From: Mytilus trossulus
Lineage: Eukaryota
Length of the DNA stretch: 64,000 nt
Assembly (NCBI RefSeq): GCF_036588685.1
Contig: NC_086381.1
Span: 34,720,001 to 34,784,000, forward strand
Direction of reading: 5' to 3'
Shown in pieces: positions 35,341 to 49,900 of this stretch (positions within the stretch are counted from its first letter, which is position 1; each line of letters opens with the position of its first letter). The notes under the pieces were generated by a model. The model did not search any database. It was not told the origin of the DNA and saw only the letters and a list, made by a program, of their open reading frames with translations. A program made the position numbers and the translations under genes.

Positions 35341-38248
35341 CCATAGATTTGATTTTCAAGAGTTGTAATGGTGAAGATAAGTTCTTTGCTGTGTTATTGA
35401 CAAGAGTTCACCAAATAATCAAATAAAAAGTGGGTGTCTCTAGCATTATTTTTTTGTTAAATTGAATAACAAAGTTCTTGAAAATACATCTCAAAAGTTT
35501 CTCAACTAATCTTGTATGGACATGAAATACTGACTGTCATACAGAAAACTGCCCATAATACATACATTACAAGTGAAATGTAAAGCTTGCTAAAAAAACA
35601 ATCTTGATGTTCATAAAACTCACTTCGAAGGATATATTTATCTTCAGCTATCATAAAATTAATATAATTGAACACTAGCTTTTATATTTGAAAAATCTAT
35701 GAGACAATGATGCGAAATTATACACTTAACTGGGGAGTGTTTCCTTAACAAAGTTTCCTTTGAACTAGAATTTAAAATGTAAATTTTGCAAAATAAGATG
35801 TCATAACAACTGTGTGTTTATTAAGGAATAATTACATAAAATAGTCCATCTCGTTCCTTGTGTTATATTGCGAGCTGATTGTAAATGAATTAAATTCTTT
35901 TCATTATTTATTTAAAATATTGTTAATTTTAAACGCATTTATGAGATCACTTCATATTCTGCTTGGTAACAAATCAAAAGTTAACTTTTAAAAATAAGTC
36001 TTACCTATAAGCGACAAGACGGTATTGGTATAGTTTAGATCAAATCCTAATTCACACACATCTTATACATATTCCAAAATCAATGCATTGACCCCTGTAA
36101 TTGTTACAAGCATTGGTGGAGGGTATCTGATACAGTTTTAAAGGATGTGTATATTTAAGTGTATAACCGTGAAGGTCTAACACAATGAAGAATAATCTTA
36201 ATGCGTGGTGTATTGTCATGAAGGCTTTTGAATATGATTTGACTAATCAATTCAGTTGAAAATATCTTTCATCAGTTTATAAACCTAAATAGGAAATATT
36301 TCAATCAAATTAAATAACATGTACTATCTTTAACTAACTTGGTATATATATAACACGTCGATGGTCACTTGGTTCACAGTTTTGTATTTTATCAGTTTAA
36401 ACGCATCTTAAGACGGACATTTTGATTATTTAAAAAATATACAGGACCATACGTGTATCTTAAGTATCGAGATGAAATAAGTACTCGGTGAAAGTGAGAA
36501 TATAAATAAGGAATAGCTTCATATTTGAAACAAAATATGTTTTGATAAGATAATTCAATTTTAACAACGTAAAAACTATACAGGCTCCGACATTGATACG
36601 ATTGCTGCCTCAAGAGCTGTGTCACTTCTTACGTTTTCAATTATCTAACTACAATGTATGTTAACTTGAGCAATACTAAGAAGACATCTGGTGAACTAAA
36701 CTTTATGTCGTTTATTTTATGATATTTAAAATTTGTAATTTAAAACAACATTTTGTACACACAAAATATATGATATATATGAAAAAAATCACCAAGCATT
36801 CAATCATAAAAGCACAGACTATTAATTGTAAAAAAAAAACAGATTGAGATTAAAACAGGATGGATTTACGCATTAGTATTTCCTACACCTACGATTGGTA
36901 ACCTTAGTTGTACTGTTACTGTTTTTTACTTGTACATCACATCATTATCACGTTAAGACATCATCACGGCTTGGATGATGATCTCACTTGAGGTTTACAA
37001 CGTTATATTACAACCCTAGGACCAAAACAGTATTCATAACTATTGGCTAACGATCCTTGTAAACCATTTGTAAATCACTATTACTTATATAGTAGGCATC
37101 TATATTGATAAAAGACTAAGGTTTCAATTCCCTCCGGAAAAGTTGGCCTTGGATTAATTTGACTATTAAATACAGTCCATTTCTATCATATAGCTCTTCG
37201 ACTGTTTTGATTCTTATATATTATTGGCTTTAAACGGTTGGATGAATGGAATCCAGAAAATTGTTTTGTTTTAATTTTTGGAAACGGTAGGTCGATTCTG
37301 CTACTGGTGGACAATCAGTCCACGATATTATCATCAGCTCAGTAGTCATTACTATAATACTGATATAATTCATAACAAACCTTTCTTACATTTTCTGTTT
37401 ATAGATATAGAAATTATTGAGAAAAATAAGTTTCAACTTCCTCAAGTAAAGTTGACCTGAGCTAATTTTGTAATTAAAAAGGGTCCTTTTTAGTCACATA
37501 GCTCTTCATCTTTGTAGTTTCTTGTGCACCCTTGGCTTTCAAACATTTAGCTTTGTGCGTTCCTGGTGAAGTTCTTTATTATTAATTATATAGCTTGAAG
37601 AAATAATAAGTCCGATGCGTTTCCCTACTTTATATTGAATGACCGGTTTTAATTTATTATGTATACATGTAGAAAGGCTTTGCTGTACATGTAATTGTAG
37701 GATTGTTGTAATCGTATAAAAGGATAAAAGAATTAACAAATAAGAAATGTATTTATTGTTATTTTAAATTCGGGTTGGCCTCACAAGATCATCCGTCTTT
37801 TGATCAGGTAAGTTGTATATTTAAAACTTTCCTTAATCATAAATACATGCATATAACGGGATAACTTCAACTTTATTTACCACTATCTGGTCAATCCCAC
37901 TGCTGATGGAGTTTGTATTTCCCGAGAGTATCACAACTCAGAAGTCAGCATTTTTGTGTTGACATGAATCATCATTAATATGGTCATAATTATAAATAAG
38001 TTGTTCACAAAACAAATAAATACTTAGACTTGTTTATCTCAGAAATAGATTACCTGAGCTGTATTTGGCAAAAGGAATGTTTAGTCCTCGATGACTTTTT
38101 TTAATCGAGCGTCACTGGTGAGTCTTTTGTGGACGAAACGCGCCTCTGACGTAGCACAATATTCCAATCATTGTATATTGGCGAAGTTTTTTCAAGATGT
38201 AACAAGATCCAACAACATTGAATAATAAGGATTTTCATTTCAGGTTAT

Positions 38249-40579
38249 ATGCTGGTTTACATAGCAATGAAACTGCTGATATTCATCCTGTTATGTGTGT
38301 TATCAAGTGCAGACTCGCATAACTACGAACGGTTATTACAGGTTTTGACAAATTTTGGAATCCAGGAAAAGCCATCGATTGTTGGTCATGGCTTGCAGGA
38401 AAGGGGTCAATTAGACCGTAAGTATTCGGACTACAACTTCCATTGTATGATATAAACACCATATGTCATACTATATGCATTAAAGTAGCTACAAGTTCAA
38501 TAAGTAACTTAACTATATTTAAAGCAGCAATACAGGGAGGGAGATACTAAACGTGCAATATATCAGCACTCAACGATAAAGACAAATACCAAAGAGAGAC
38601 AACAAAAAGATATATTAACATTTATTGAAACATTACTCAGAAATCAAAGTTTGATCAATGAAATATCTCATTACATCTCGATGCTCGGCAAATATTTTCA
38701 ATTTAGAAAGGATTCAGCACTAATTATAAGGTAAATGTAAAGCACTTTTCTTAAGTAATTAAAGCATAATTTAACCCCAAAAAAGTTAAATCACAAATAA
38801 ACTGAACTCCGGGGAAAAAATTCAAAACGAAAAATCCCTAATCAAATGGCAAAATTTAAAGATAAAACACTTGAAACGAATGGACAACAACTATCATATT
38901 CCTGGCTTGGTACAGACATTTTCTTATGCAGAAAAAGGTGGATTTTATAGCTAGCAAAATATCTCTCTGGTATGACATTCTCATCAAATTTAAGGCAATT
39001 GCTGGTATAACGTCACATAAGTAGTTGTTCTTGTGAGTTGTGATAGTAATTTCAGTAACATACAATATACTTGTATGTAAAAACGATAAAAGCACCCTGT
39101 ACACGTACGGATAGACATTTTGTGTTTCCAAAAATTTTCTCGACAAATTTAAAGTAAGGTATTGTTTACATACTTAAACAATCAATGTGAATTTACATTC
39201 TTTTCAGCAACTTACCATGCTTATATTTGTGAGAATCAGTTTTTGACTATTAGATGCCCTATTGGTTATATCATTAGAATTATTGAATCTAATTTTGGAC
39301 GACAGGGTTCCACACATTGTCGAGGAAGACATGCTGACCAACTGTGTTACACAGCGTGGACAATACAGGAGCTAGGTACACACTGTTATTGGAGACAAAA
39401 ATGTACTGTCTTTGCCTCAACAAAAATATTTGGAGATCCATGTACGGATGTGGACAGGTATCTGTCTCTAAGTTATCAATGTGAGAGCATCTCAGGTAAG
39501 GATTGGCTTGTATGCGTTGTTTATATGGGTGTCATACATAATATTACATACATGCTGACTTTAGGGTGGGGCATAAACATTAAAATCATAACCTTATAAG
39601 TTTTTTAATGACCGAAAGTCTGATTAATCAAATGTTTTGTTAGCTGATGACACTAAATGACGTTTTTGGATATAAGGTTAAAGATTTGTCTCTATTGCGA
39701 ATAGACAACAACAAAACAGAATGAATCCATACACAAATATACTCTGCTTTTATAAATTCAACACTGTTTTAAAATGAATAGCCAGTCAGAATTTTCTTTA
39801 TTGCGCTTATTTTTTCATTATTCAAGGAATGACTGCAAAATATTTTCTGTCTATGAAGAAATAACATAAAAAAATGTGGTGCACATTGAATAACGCGCGT
39901 AGCGGGTTATTTAACAGTGTGCACCACATTTTTTCTGTTATTTCGAATAGACAAAAAAATATTAAAGTCATTTCTTATAATTTAATTCTAAATTCCATTT
40001 GAAACCGTAGAAAACCAGGAAAAAACGTTGATGACGTTACGGTCACATGACTAAACTATGTCTATGGGCTCATAACAAAATAACATCAGCCAATCAGAAG
40101 ACGCGTTACATCCAAAATTAAATTATATATCAATAAAAACATGTTTAGTAGATTTAATTGTAGTAGTAGTCTTGGTGAATAGCTTGTGTAAATTTAGTTT
40201 TTCTATTTTAGGTCGTTAACCTGAAAAGTAAAATGAAACGAGGATCAGGACTATACGGCAAATTTGTAGACTCATTTGTATAAACTCATAAAAGACAGCA
40301 GGCTTCTAATTAAAATTTCCCGTTTGAATGGTTTTACACTAGTATTTTTTGGGGCTCTTTATAGCCTGATATTCGGTGTGAGCCAAGGCTCCGTGTTGAA
40401 GGTCGTATTAAAACCTATATATATAATGGTTTACTTTTATACATTGTTACTTGAATGGAGAGTTGTTTCATTGACATCATACCACTTCTTCCTATATCTA
40501 TATTAGTTGGAATGACACATATTGAGATGAGCAATTATTGACAGAAAGCTGGTTTTCATTTGTGTGCTTCACAGGATGA
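38249..40579 (+). CDS. Secreted SUEL-type (rhamnose/galactose-binding) lectin, single domain, ~153 aa
   Basis: Exon 38249-38417 encodes a signal peptide (MKLLIFILLCVLSSA). Exon 39208-39495 encodes ICENQFLTIRCP...SNFGR...FGDPCTDVDRYLSLSYQC (8 Cys). Probable terminal exon 40575-40579 (G-stop). All junctions phase 1, GT-AG. Candidate non-coding exon donor at 37808. Confidence 0.88.
39820..40126. mobile_element. Palindromic non-autonomous repeat in a lectin intron
   Basis: Imperfect hairpin 39824-39976 (AAATGTGGTGCACA...TGTGCACCACATTT; GAAATAACA...TGTTATTTC) followed by a ~150-bp tail. Superfamily not assigned. Confidence 0.6.
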
Positions 40580-41164
40580 TAAAAAAGAAACGGGTTTTTA
40601 TTTGTGTGTAGTTATCTTTTTCAAGCAAAAATCTGCTGTGACAATAAGAAGACAGTATTGGATGTTTGTTGCTTGTTTAATGTCAACTTGCTAATATTCC
40701 ATGCATATTCAGGATGATGATGAAAAAGATTAATACCGTGTTTAAACCTGTGTGTTACGGTGTTGAAGACAACATATTATGCTATAAAGAATGTAAAAAA
40801 AAACCTCGCAAAACAGAATATTGTCAATTGCATAGTTTCGACCAAGTAAAATGCGATAATTCATAGGATAGTTGAGAATATTCTCAGAAACAGGAATGGC
40901 TAAAACTTTATATCACTAAAGCCAGATTTATCTAGCAAATTTGTACGGTGTATCATTTTTTTACATAGTATTTAGAATAGACGGGTGATGAAAATAGGAT
41001 GGTAACACTAGGCACAAACTATTTTGCAGTATGCATTAACAAAATTAAAAAATTTGTGAGGATTCATTTAAATCAGTTTAAAGATGCAGATCTTCATGGG
41101 TGCAAATTTTGAATACTGTTGAATGAATCTGTGTGAGCTACGTCTGACACAACTAGGTACACAC

Positions 41165-42870
41165 ACAACTTTCTTGGGGAGGGATAAATCCTACTTTGTA
41201 AAGAATCACTCTGATTAAAACCAAACATTCACTGAAACTGGCATTACCAAGATGCTTGATTTCTTAATTGACAACATAATTGTTACGTTTGGAGGACGTG
41301 TTTTTCAACAGACTGTCAGAATTATCCAATGGAAACCAATTGTGCCCCTCTTCTTGCCGACTTGTTTCTTATTATTATGAGGCTGACTTCATACAGGAAG
41401 AAAGATAAGACGCTAGCAATATCCTTTAACGTGACGTTCCGCTATATATATGATGTTCTCTCACTTAATAAAACAAAATTTGGTGACCATGTTGAACGAA
41501 TCTATCCCATCGAACTGGAGATAAAGGATACTACACATATAGCTAAGACTGCAACATATGTTGATTTACATATAGAAATTGACAATGAGGGTCGGTTGAA
41601 AACAAATCTTTACGACAAAAGAGATGATTTAAGCTTCCAAATTGTGAACTTTCCATTGCTATGAAGCAACATTTCGCACCTGCATACGGAGTATATATCT
41701 CCCATTTTATACGACATTCCGGTGTTTGTATTTCCTATCATGATTTCCTTGATATAGGATTGCTACTGACAAGGAAACTATTAAACCAAGAGTTCCAAAT
41801 GGTGAAGTTGAAATCTTCCCTTCGTAAATTTTATATTGGTTCTCATTTGTATGCTTCTAAGAATTTTCATCGGATTTTGTTAATTGTCTTGACGTCTCTT
41901 CTGTTATATACATGTGTTATGGTAAAGAAAATTAGTCACCGCCTTGATTTATTAGATTTGATTTGTTTCAACGTAATTTGTACGATGTATAACGATTGCA
42001 GTTTGATTCAGAATATACCGGACATAGCTATATAATATAGTTGTCTAATTGCTACCTCAGTTTGATATTTTAAAATAAGTATTGCAATTTTCGTTGTTAT
42101 TAAAGGTAATATCAGTATTTAGTACAAATATAATCTTAAATCAATCCTAATTCTATCTTATATTTGAGAAACAGCTTGAGTCATTTAAATGTGACGTCAT
42201 TTTTTGTGTGCTGTTTTAGAATTTCAAATGTGACGTCATCTTCTGTGCTTTCATACAATTTCAAATTGTGTTTCAGTGTGTCTTACATTTTAACGTTGTG
42301 TTTCTGTTGTGACATTTGTTTCCTCTTCTATTTGAGTGGGAATTCACATTACTATAAGACGTGTCACGGTTCTTTTCTATCCTTAAATTCATGTACAATG
42401 CATTTACTTTTAATGTTATGCTTGTTATTCTCATCGGATTTTATCTAATGTTTACTTCGTTTCTGTGTGTGTTACATTTTAATGTTGTGTCGTTGTTCTC
42501 CTCTTATATTTAGTGCATGTCCCTCAGTTTTGTTTGTTACCAAGATTTGTTATTTTCTATCGATTTATGAGTTTCGAACAGCGGTATAATACTGTTGCCT
42601 TTATTTAAAGACGCCATCACGAGTTGGTAGACTGTTATGGAATAACCGTTTCACAGATGATAATGAATATGTTCCTTATGTCGTAACTACAATACCCTTT
42701 CCCTTTTCACGAATGTGACCTACCGCACTATACTTTTTACCGAATTTGTAATAACATAAGCAACGCAATGGGTGCCACGTGTAGAGCAGGATCTGCTTAC
42801 CCTTCCGGAGCACCTGATATCACCCCCACTTTTTGGTGGGATTCGTGTTGCTTGGTCTTTAGTTTTCTAA
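41165..42870 (+). pseudogene. Penelope-like retroelement reverse-transcriptase fragment, split by a nested insertion
   Basis: Reads PMETNCAPLLADLFL, FRYIYD (catalytic YIDD mutated), IYPIELEIKDTT, LYDKRDD, APAYGVYIS, with frameshifts. Stops at LRKFY (41834) and appears to resume as RHHELVDCYGITVSQM at ~42610. Confidence 0.8.
41835..42608 (+). mobile_element. Nested insertion with a Helitron/Helentron-like 3' hairpin
   Basis: Interrupts the RT frame and ends in AACAGCGGTATAATACTGTT (hairpin) followed by GCCTTTATTT. Confidence 0.6.
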
Positions 42871-43404
42871 GTTGTGTTCTAAGTTGGTGATCTTCTGCTG
42901 TTGTTTTTTTATTTGTTCGGGTTGTTCTCTTTGACACATTCCCTATTTCCATTCTCAATTTTATTTGTCAGTATAATTTGACTCTCCCTCATATCTTTCT
43001 TCCCGGTTTTATATTGATGGAACATATTTGGGTGCGCAACATCTATGTACCTTTTATATCGTTCAATGACTCAAAATATACTGTTCCACGCATGTGAAAC
43101 CTGTGAAAAAAATATTTTAAATCATTCCAGCAATTGGAATGGTGCGCATCTTAACTTTATGTTAAAAAATTGTGCAAAGTTTGAATAATATTCATTTGGA
43201 GCTCTTGTGACTTAACACTGACTCTGTACCTGTATAGCAATTATCAATGACACAACTAAATTCCACACATGGGAAGCTAGAGTAGAATAATCAAACAACC
43301 ATGTCTAAAATAGAAATTCTACATTCACAAAACGCATGTGTACAAAGTTTGAATACTTTGATGATTAGCAAGCACCTCACTCCTTTGTTGCTGCATGTTA
43401 TTGA

Positions 43405-43947
43405 GTTATTGCCTTAGGAACGTTCTGAATAAAAGATTGTCATGGGTTATTGCCTTAGGAATGTTCTGAATAAAAGATTGTCATGGGTTATTGCCTTAGG
43501 AACGTTCTGAATAAAAGATTGTCATGGGTTATTGTCTTAGGAATGTTCTGAATAAAAGATTGTCATGGGTTATTGCCTTAGGAACGTTCTGAATAAAAGA
43601 TTGTCATGGGTAATTGCCTTAGGAACGTTCTGAATAAAAGATTGTCATGAGTTATTGCCTTAGGAACGTTCTGAATAAAAGATTGTCATGGGTTATTGCC
43701 TTAGGAACGTTCTGAATAAAAGATTGTCATGGGTTATTGCCTTAGGAACGTTCTGAATAAAAGATTGTCATGGGTAATTGCCTTAGGAACGTTCTGAATA
43801 AAAGATTGTCATGGGTTATTGCCTTAGGAACGTTCTGAATAAAAGATTGTCATGGGTAATTGCCTTAGGAACGTTCTGAATAAAAGATTGTCATGAGTTA
43901 TTGTCTTAGGAATGTTCTGAATAAAAGATTGTCATGGGTTATTGCCT
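43405..43947. repeat. 41-bp minisatellite, 13 copies plus 10 bp
   Basis: Unit GTTATTGCCTTAGGAACGTTCTGAATAAAAGATTGTCATGG, head to tail, only four variable positions. Confidence 0.97.
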
Positions 43948-46916
43948 AGAAATTGGAACAGCCAATAGCAAATGGGGTATGTTGGATAGAGACAGAAACA
44001 TGCAACAGACCACCTATGGAGCCTTTGATTTCGTCATGAGACTTAATTACAATGTTCTTAGAACCAGATTATGACATTCCAATTGCCGTAAATGGCAAAA
44101 AAAGTTGCTTCTGGCTACTGTTTCTCTAAATTGACATATTTAATCGTATTAAGATTTCACAACACATCTCTTTCCAGAAACCTTCAAACCCTTTTGGGAA
44201 TTCAAACTGGTAGAGGATTATAAGTAAAGGTTAATAAAAGCATTTCACTGCAGAAAAGTTGTCTTTTAGAAAGAATAGATAGCTTGTTTACTCCCAAAAC
44301 TAGCTTGTAGATTCTGGCTGAATTTTAGAATAATTTTGTTTGCTTGTTAGTTTGAAAAACTTTCAGGAAATTTGGCTTTATAGTGGCAGCTTTTTTTGTT
44401 GGCTTAGAAAGCCAGAGTGTGTTATATCTTCATATAACACAAACAGGGTCAGATAAATTGGCAACACAAATTATATATAAATAATATTTAATTTTATAGT
44501 TTGATATAATTATCTTTAAATGAACAAATATAAATATACAAATATGTTCTGTACACTGTACAAAATAAAGGAATGTACAAAAATTGATTAAACAATACAA
44601 AATGATTTATATTCAAATACCAACTTGATGAAGATATGTTTATTTTTTTTAACAGTACAACATTATAAGCGTGACTTATTGCCAATAATAAAGATAAAAT
44701 AACCTCAGATTTGGAACTATTGATCTTCTAACATATTTGTGCACACAATTTACGACATACAATCTTTAATGTAGTTTCTGAGTATCAAAAATACTTAAAA
44801 AAAACAAACAATAGAAGGGATATGGTGTATTTATTTATGACACAAAATCCCTCCTTTCACTTGATATATATCGATATTACCCATTGCATATAAATAACAC
44901 TTCTATCGCTGTGCTTCTCATCAGGGTCACAGTGAGGCTTTCAACATTTTAAATGATAATAAATTCATTTACATTTTTACATGTCCTGCATTCAACTTAT
45001 ACAATATTGTTAACAATCATATTTCTGGTCTGACAGATTATGAATTCAATTCATAATTGTTTTTAATCTATATTTTTCAAGTAAGTGATCTTTTAAAAAA
45101 AAATAGTACTTAAACTAGATTTTAGCAGATAACTTCAAAATATATTACAATTGCTGTGACACTATTAACTGACACAATCAAAAATTATTGTTCAACATAA
45201 CAGTATAAAAACTTGCATATCTATGGACAAAATAATAATAACAAAAATAACAATTAATAAACTTGAAACATACAAATATATAATAATATTTAGATATATA
45301 AATTTGCTAATATAAACAATTTATTCAATAAAATATATTTTAGAAACGTTAGTTGTTCAATCACTAACCTTACATCACACAACTTCTACTAGATCTGACA
45401 TAATATCATTGATAAAGCAACTTGTCTAGCTTGACATATAGCTATAGTTTGCCTCTTTCTTAAGTTGTCCTTCCATAAAGCGAAATATGAAAAACTTCCT
45501 ATGATTTTTCAGATAATTTAACCAGACTTTAAATGAGAATAAAAATGTCCTTAAAAGGTCAAAGGAAACCAACTGTATTGAGACTAATTATTGTATGCCT
45601 AATTTCATCCACAGAATACTTCACTGCATAAAAAAACTTGTACAATACCTATTTTTCTTCTTAAAAATTATTAACAGAAAGCAAAGACTTGGACAGAAAT
45701 TGTGGCACACAACCATATTCATATTATAAAAAAATAAAACAATTTTTAAAAAAAAATTGACTATCACAGATTATTTCATTTAAGCAGCATAATTGTTCAT
45801 TGTATAAAAAATATCACAAAGCTATTCATCTGTTAATATCATTTGTTGTAAAATTATTGTTCCAGAGGTTAAAGCTAAATTGAAGTAACCTATGTTCACA
45901 ATACTGAAAAGGACGTATAAAATATTTCTTTGATTCTCACATTTAATGGTGCCTACATCTAAGTAAAGTCAGCAATAAACAAAAATCTTTGTTTTTGATA
46001 TATAAATATAAAAGATAAACGTTTGTTACAAAAATTTTCTTAAAATCCTGAAAACTAGATAGAAACATAATAATTTTCTTTTTATTATTTCTTATTTTTT
46101 AATTGCAAAATCAGAAAACTAAGATATCATCTATACTTCATTTTTCTACAAAATACGAAAATTGACTAATGAAATAAATTGAATCCATCAAAGTTCTGAG
46201 AACTAGTATTGCCTAGTGCATATAATACTACAAAAAGTTCACATTTAATGCAAAACTATGAGTAGCAAAAACTCAATTTGAAAATAGCTACTAAGACATT
46301 TATAAACAGTGAAAATTTTAACAAGCAACATTTTACAAACTACCTCTAAAAAGTCTGATTAATAAATAACATGCCCTAATTTATAAAGAGAATAAAATAT
46401 TCAAATATTTAGCAATGAATATAATAACACATCTTTTAAATGCGTTTTGACTACAGTTTACCATCTTTATTGAGTTTAAACCTTGAACACATTCGCTTTG
46501 CTGTATCAATAATCATAAAATGAGTTTGAAAATAGTTTTTGCTTTATCATTCTGTATCTACCATTTAATTATTTTAATGGTTGAGGTAGCGTTTTTTTAA
46601 ACCAAACCAAGTCAATCTTGTAAATGAATTTTGTTGATAAGTAAACATGGTAAAGGCTAGTTCAATAAATAAAATGAAAATATTTGAATAATAATGATAT
46701 GTGATAGCAAGTATTATGCAAAATTTCAATTATCATTATTTAACACATATTTATGATAACGAACTGATACATTTGAATACTGTTAATCGTGTTATGTTTC
46801 GGACATTCAGTTTATTCATTTAGTAAAATATGTTAACAGCTAAGTATTAAAAGTAAAGTTCATTATAAGTACTACATCTTTTAATACTGGCCTCTAAGAT
46901 TTTTTTGGAAGGTTTT

Positions 46917-49900
46917 CTAAATGTATAAGTTTTCTTGTCGTTGGTATTTTTCTATATCCGTAAGTTCAGCTTCCTTGACAATCGAATCTTCAGGGTCAGG
47001 AACAATTATTTGTCCTGGAATTCCAGACCATGTTTTTCTCCTGGCAGCTGAAAAATAAGGTAACATTAATCACTACATGTACAAGAAGAAGTCAGAATGT
47101 CTTTTGATTAAATTAAAGGCAAAACCATTTAATAAGTAAACTGTCTATGGTTAAAGATGACATTGGCTAAAACACTTGATAGAAACATTTATTTCTTGTA
47201 CCCCTATTTGATATGTGGTCCTCTTTCAATTAAACTCTTAATAGGAATGATCTCAAACATTATAACTCTACCCATTGGCAGTGGGGTGGTCTTATGACAC
47301 CTTTCAATTGAGAAATCACTCTTTTTGAAAGATAACTATTTATCTGAAAATAAACAACAGGATTGTTTCTCTAAACAGTCGTGACATTATTTGTGAAATT
47401 GCTGTATCCCTTCCTAAATAATGTTTAATAATCAATTTAGAACAACCATCTCAGACTAACATAAACCGGTAAGTATTTTTTATTAAATACAATATTTCCA
47501 AAGCAGTATATACTGCAATGTTATTAAGTCTCTAAAAATCTACACTATATGGTGCTGGCCTTCCCACACTAGGTGTCAGCAGTGTTCTCATTCCATAAAT
47601 CATGTGAATGTTTAAATATAATTATCCCTTCAGCAGCATTCAATTCAATTCAAGAACTTATAAGACCATTTCCATGCATAGAATTTGAAATTAAATAATT
47701 GTGTTATCACACTATACAATGTAAATGTGTTAATCTTTAAGATAATTTTAAACGTAAATAGTTTTTTGGTTTTTTAATTTTAATTTATTTATTCTTCTTC
47801 AAATTAAATACATAGAAAGTGATCTTTAAAACCAAATAACAGGACAAAATCAAAAACTTTGTTAAAATTATGAGTTTTATTCTCTTAATCAAATATTGTA
47901 TATTGTTAAAAAATTAGTAAAAATGTTTATGTTTCCATGCTGAATAACAAAACACATATATAAAAATATTTCTACAAAATAAATAATATACAGCAAGTCC
48001 ACAGTAAGTCACTTTAAAAAATTTGGTTTAAATTTTGAATCCCATGAGAAAATTGATTAATCAAATGCACGAGTCAATACAAAAAACAGCATAATCTTTA
48101 CTTCAATACTTTTAAAGTTTTTAAAAATGCACTAATAAATCTTTCCCCTTCTTTCAAAGGTCATTTGTTGTACTTATTCTGGACTTGTGTCATATAATGT
48201 TATAAGAATATAACCAGTTTGAACAAGTTTTGATTGTCCTGTTATTAAAAAAGAAGTTTTTATTAACTTGAACAAAGTTATTTCAACAAATCCTGACAGT
48301 ATAGAAACTTTGTTAGTACCAAATTCATAATGCATTTACCATTATATCATTTATATTTATAAACCATTTGCAAACAAACAAAATAAAATCAATTTTTCTA
48401 CATCAAACCTGCAAAAAGTTCTGTAGGCTATCAAACATCTGAAAAAAGCTTAATTTGCAAAACCGCCTTGATCTACTCATTATTCTGTAATAAAGTTCTG
48501 TCTTTGTAAATATTCTAGCTCTAGCTAACTACTAAAAAACTTTCCATGGTCACCATAAAATTGTTTGCATCAAGTTCATACATATATAATATCTACATTC
48601 ATTCCAATTCAATAATAAATGACAAGCATACAAGAAGAGAAGCACCTGAAAAAGTGCAGACTCAGCATTAATACACCTACCTTAACGAGGCCACTCTATA
48701 TAATTAAAGCACAAATACACATCACAAAATATTATGTATTAAAGTTTAAAGATTAGCTCTGAATAAATGCATTCAACAGACCTTGTAGGGTAAAAAACAC
48801 AACACCCTACAAGTGTCTGGTTACACAATTTCAGGACCTACCTTTATAAGGCCCCTATCAGTCGTCTATAAAAACCCAATTATTTTCAAATCATCTTAGT
48901 TTTAAGAAGTTTCTAGTTTGAAAGTATTCCTTTAATTTCTAAAATGTTTCAATTTTTCATCAAACTAAATACACTCAACATGACCAATATCCATTCTGAC
49001 ATGCATAGTCAAAAATACTTAAAAATTATTTCTTTGGAAAAATAAATTTAATTTGATAACATGCTTGAGAACAACTATACTTATATACTACATTAACATA
49101 GTCAACTGAAAGCACAATGCACATGAAACAGACAGAAAAGTACAACATATAATTACTGAATATATATTTTTGTCTAATTCTACAAACAAGAAGACATTCA
49201 AGAGAGACAACTCTTGGTATAAGACATTCAAGAGAGATAACTCTTGGTATAGTGTTAATGACATACCTGCAGCCTCTCTTGATTTTTTAGTGACTTGTCT
49301 TGCTAATTCTTGGTTCATGGTCAACAACTGAGCTCTTCTGACTTTCTCTTGGGCTACATTACTAACATCAGGCTGAGATAATGAATGAATACTGAAATAA
49401 GACATTAAAAGGCTATGTAAAATAAGCCTCATTTGTAAAAAAAACATGATGTTCAATGAATGTCAATGCCATGGCAACACATCTTTAGCTATATTGAAAG
49501 AACACAAAACGTAAAGAAAACTTGTCTCCATAAGTTTTGAGCAATTTAAAAAATTTGATTGAAGCTAAACATGTGAGAAAAGATTATAATTATGTCAGTC
49601 CTGATTAAAAACCTGTGATTTAGATTTCTCACAATCCTTGTCCAAAGTCAGAAGTTGTACCTTTTGCAACAGTTGTTCATTCTGTGATTTTGATACTAGT
49701 TCTATAAGGACTTCTAAGACTGTTTAGTGTCAAAAATAAATTTCTATTGTAGTAATCTCATTATAAAGTCATAAATTATTCATCATGTATGAGATTGAGG
49801 CTCATGTTTATTCATCCTCTGCTATTTCATTTATATCATAATTAGCTATTTATGAATCCTATGAAATATGATCAACTTTATTTTATATGATATAACTTTA

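Noticed and set aside
43405-43947. 41-bp array as CRISPR
   Set aside because: Units are contiguous with no spacers.
49191-49250. 30-bp tandem duplication next to a donor; small hairpin at ~59376-59466
   Set aside because: Real but ordinary local duplications with no sign of function.
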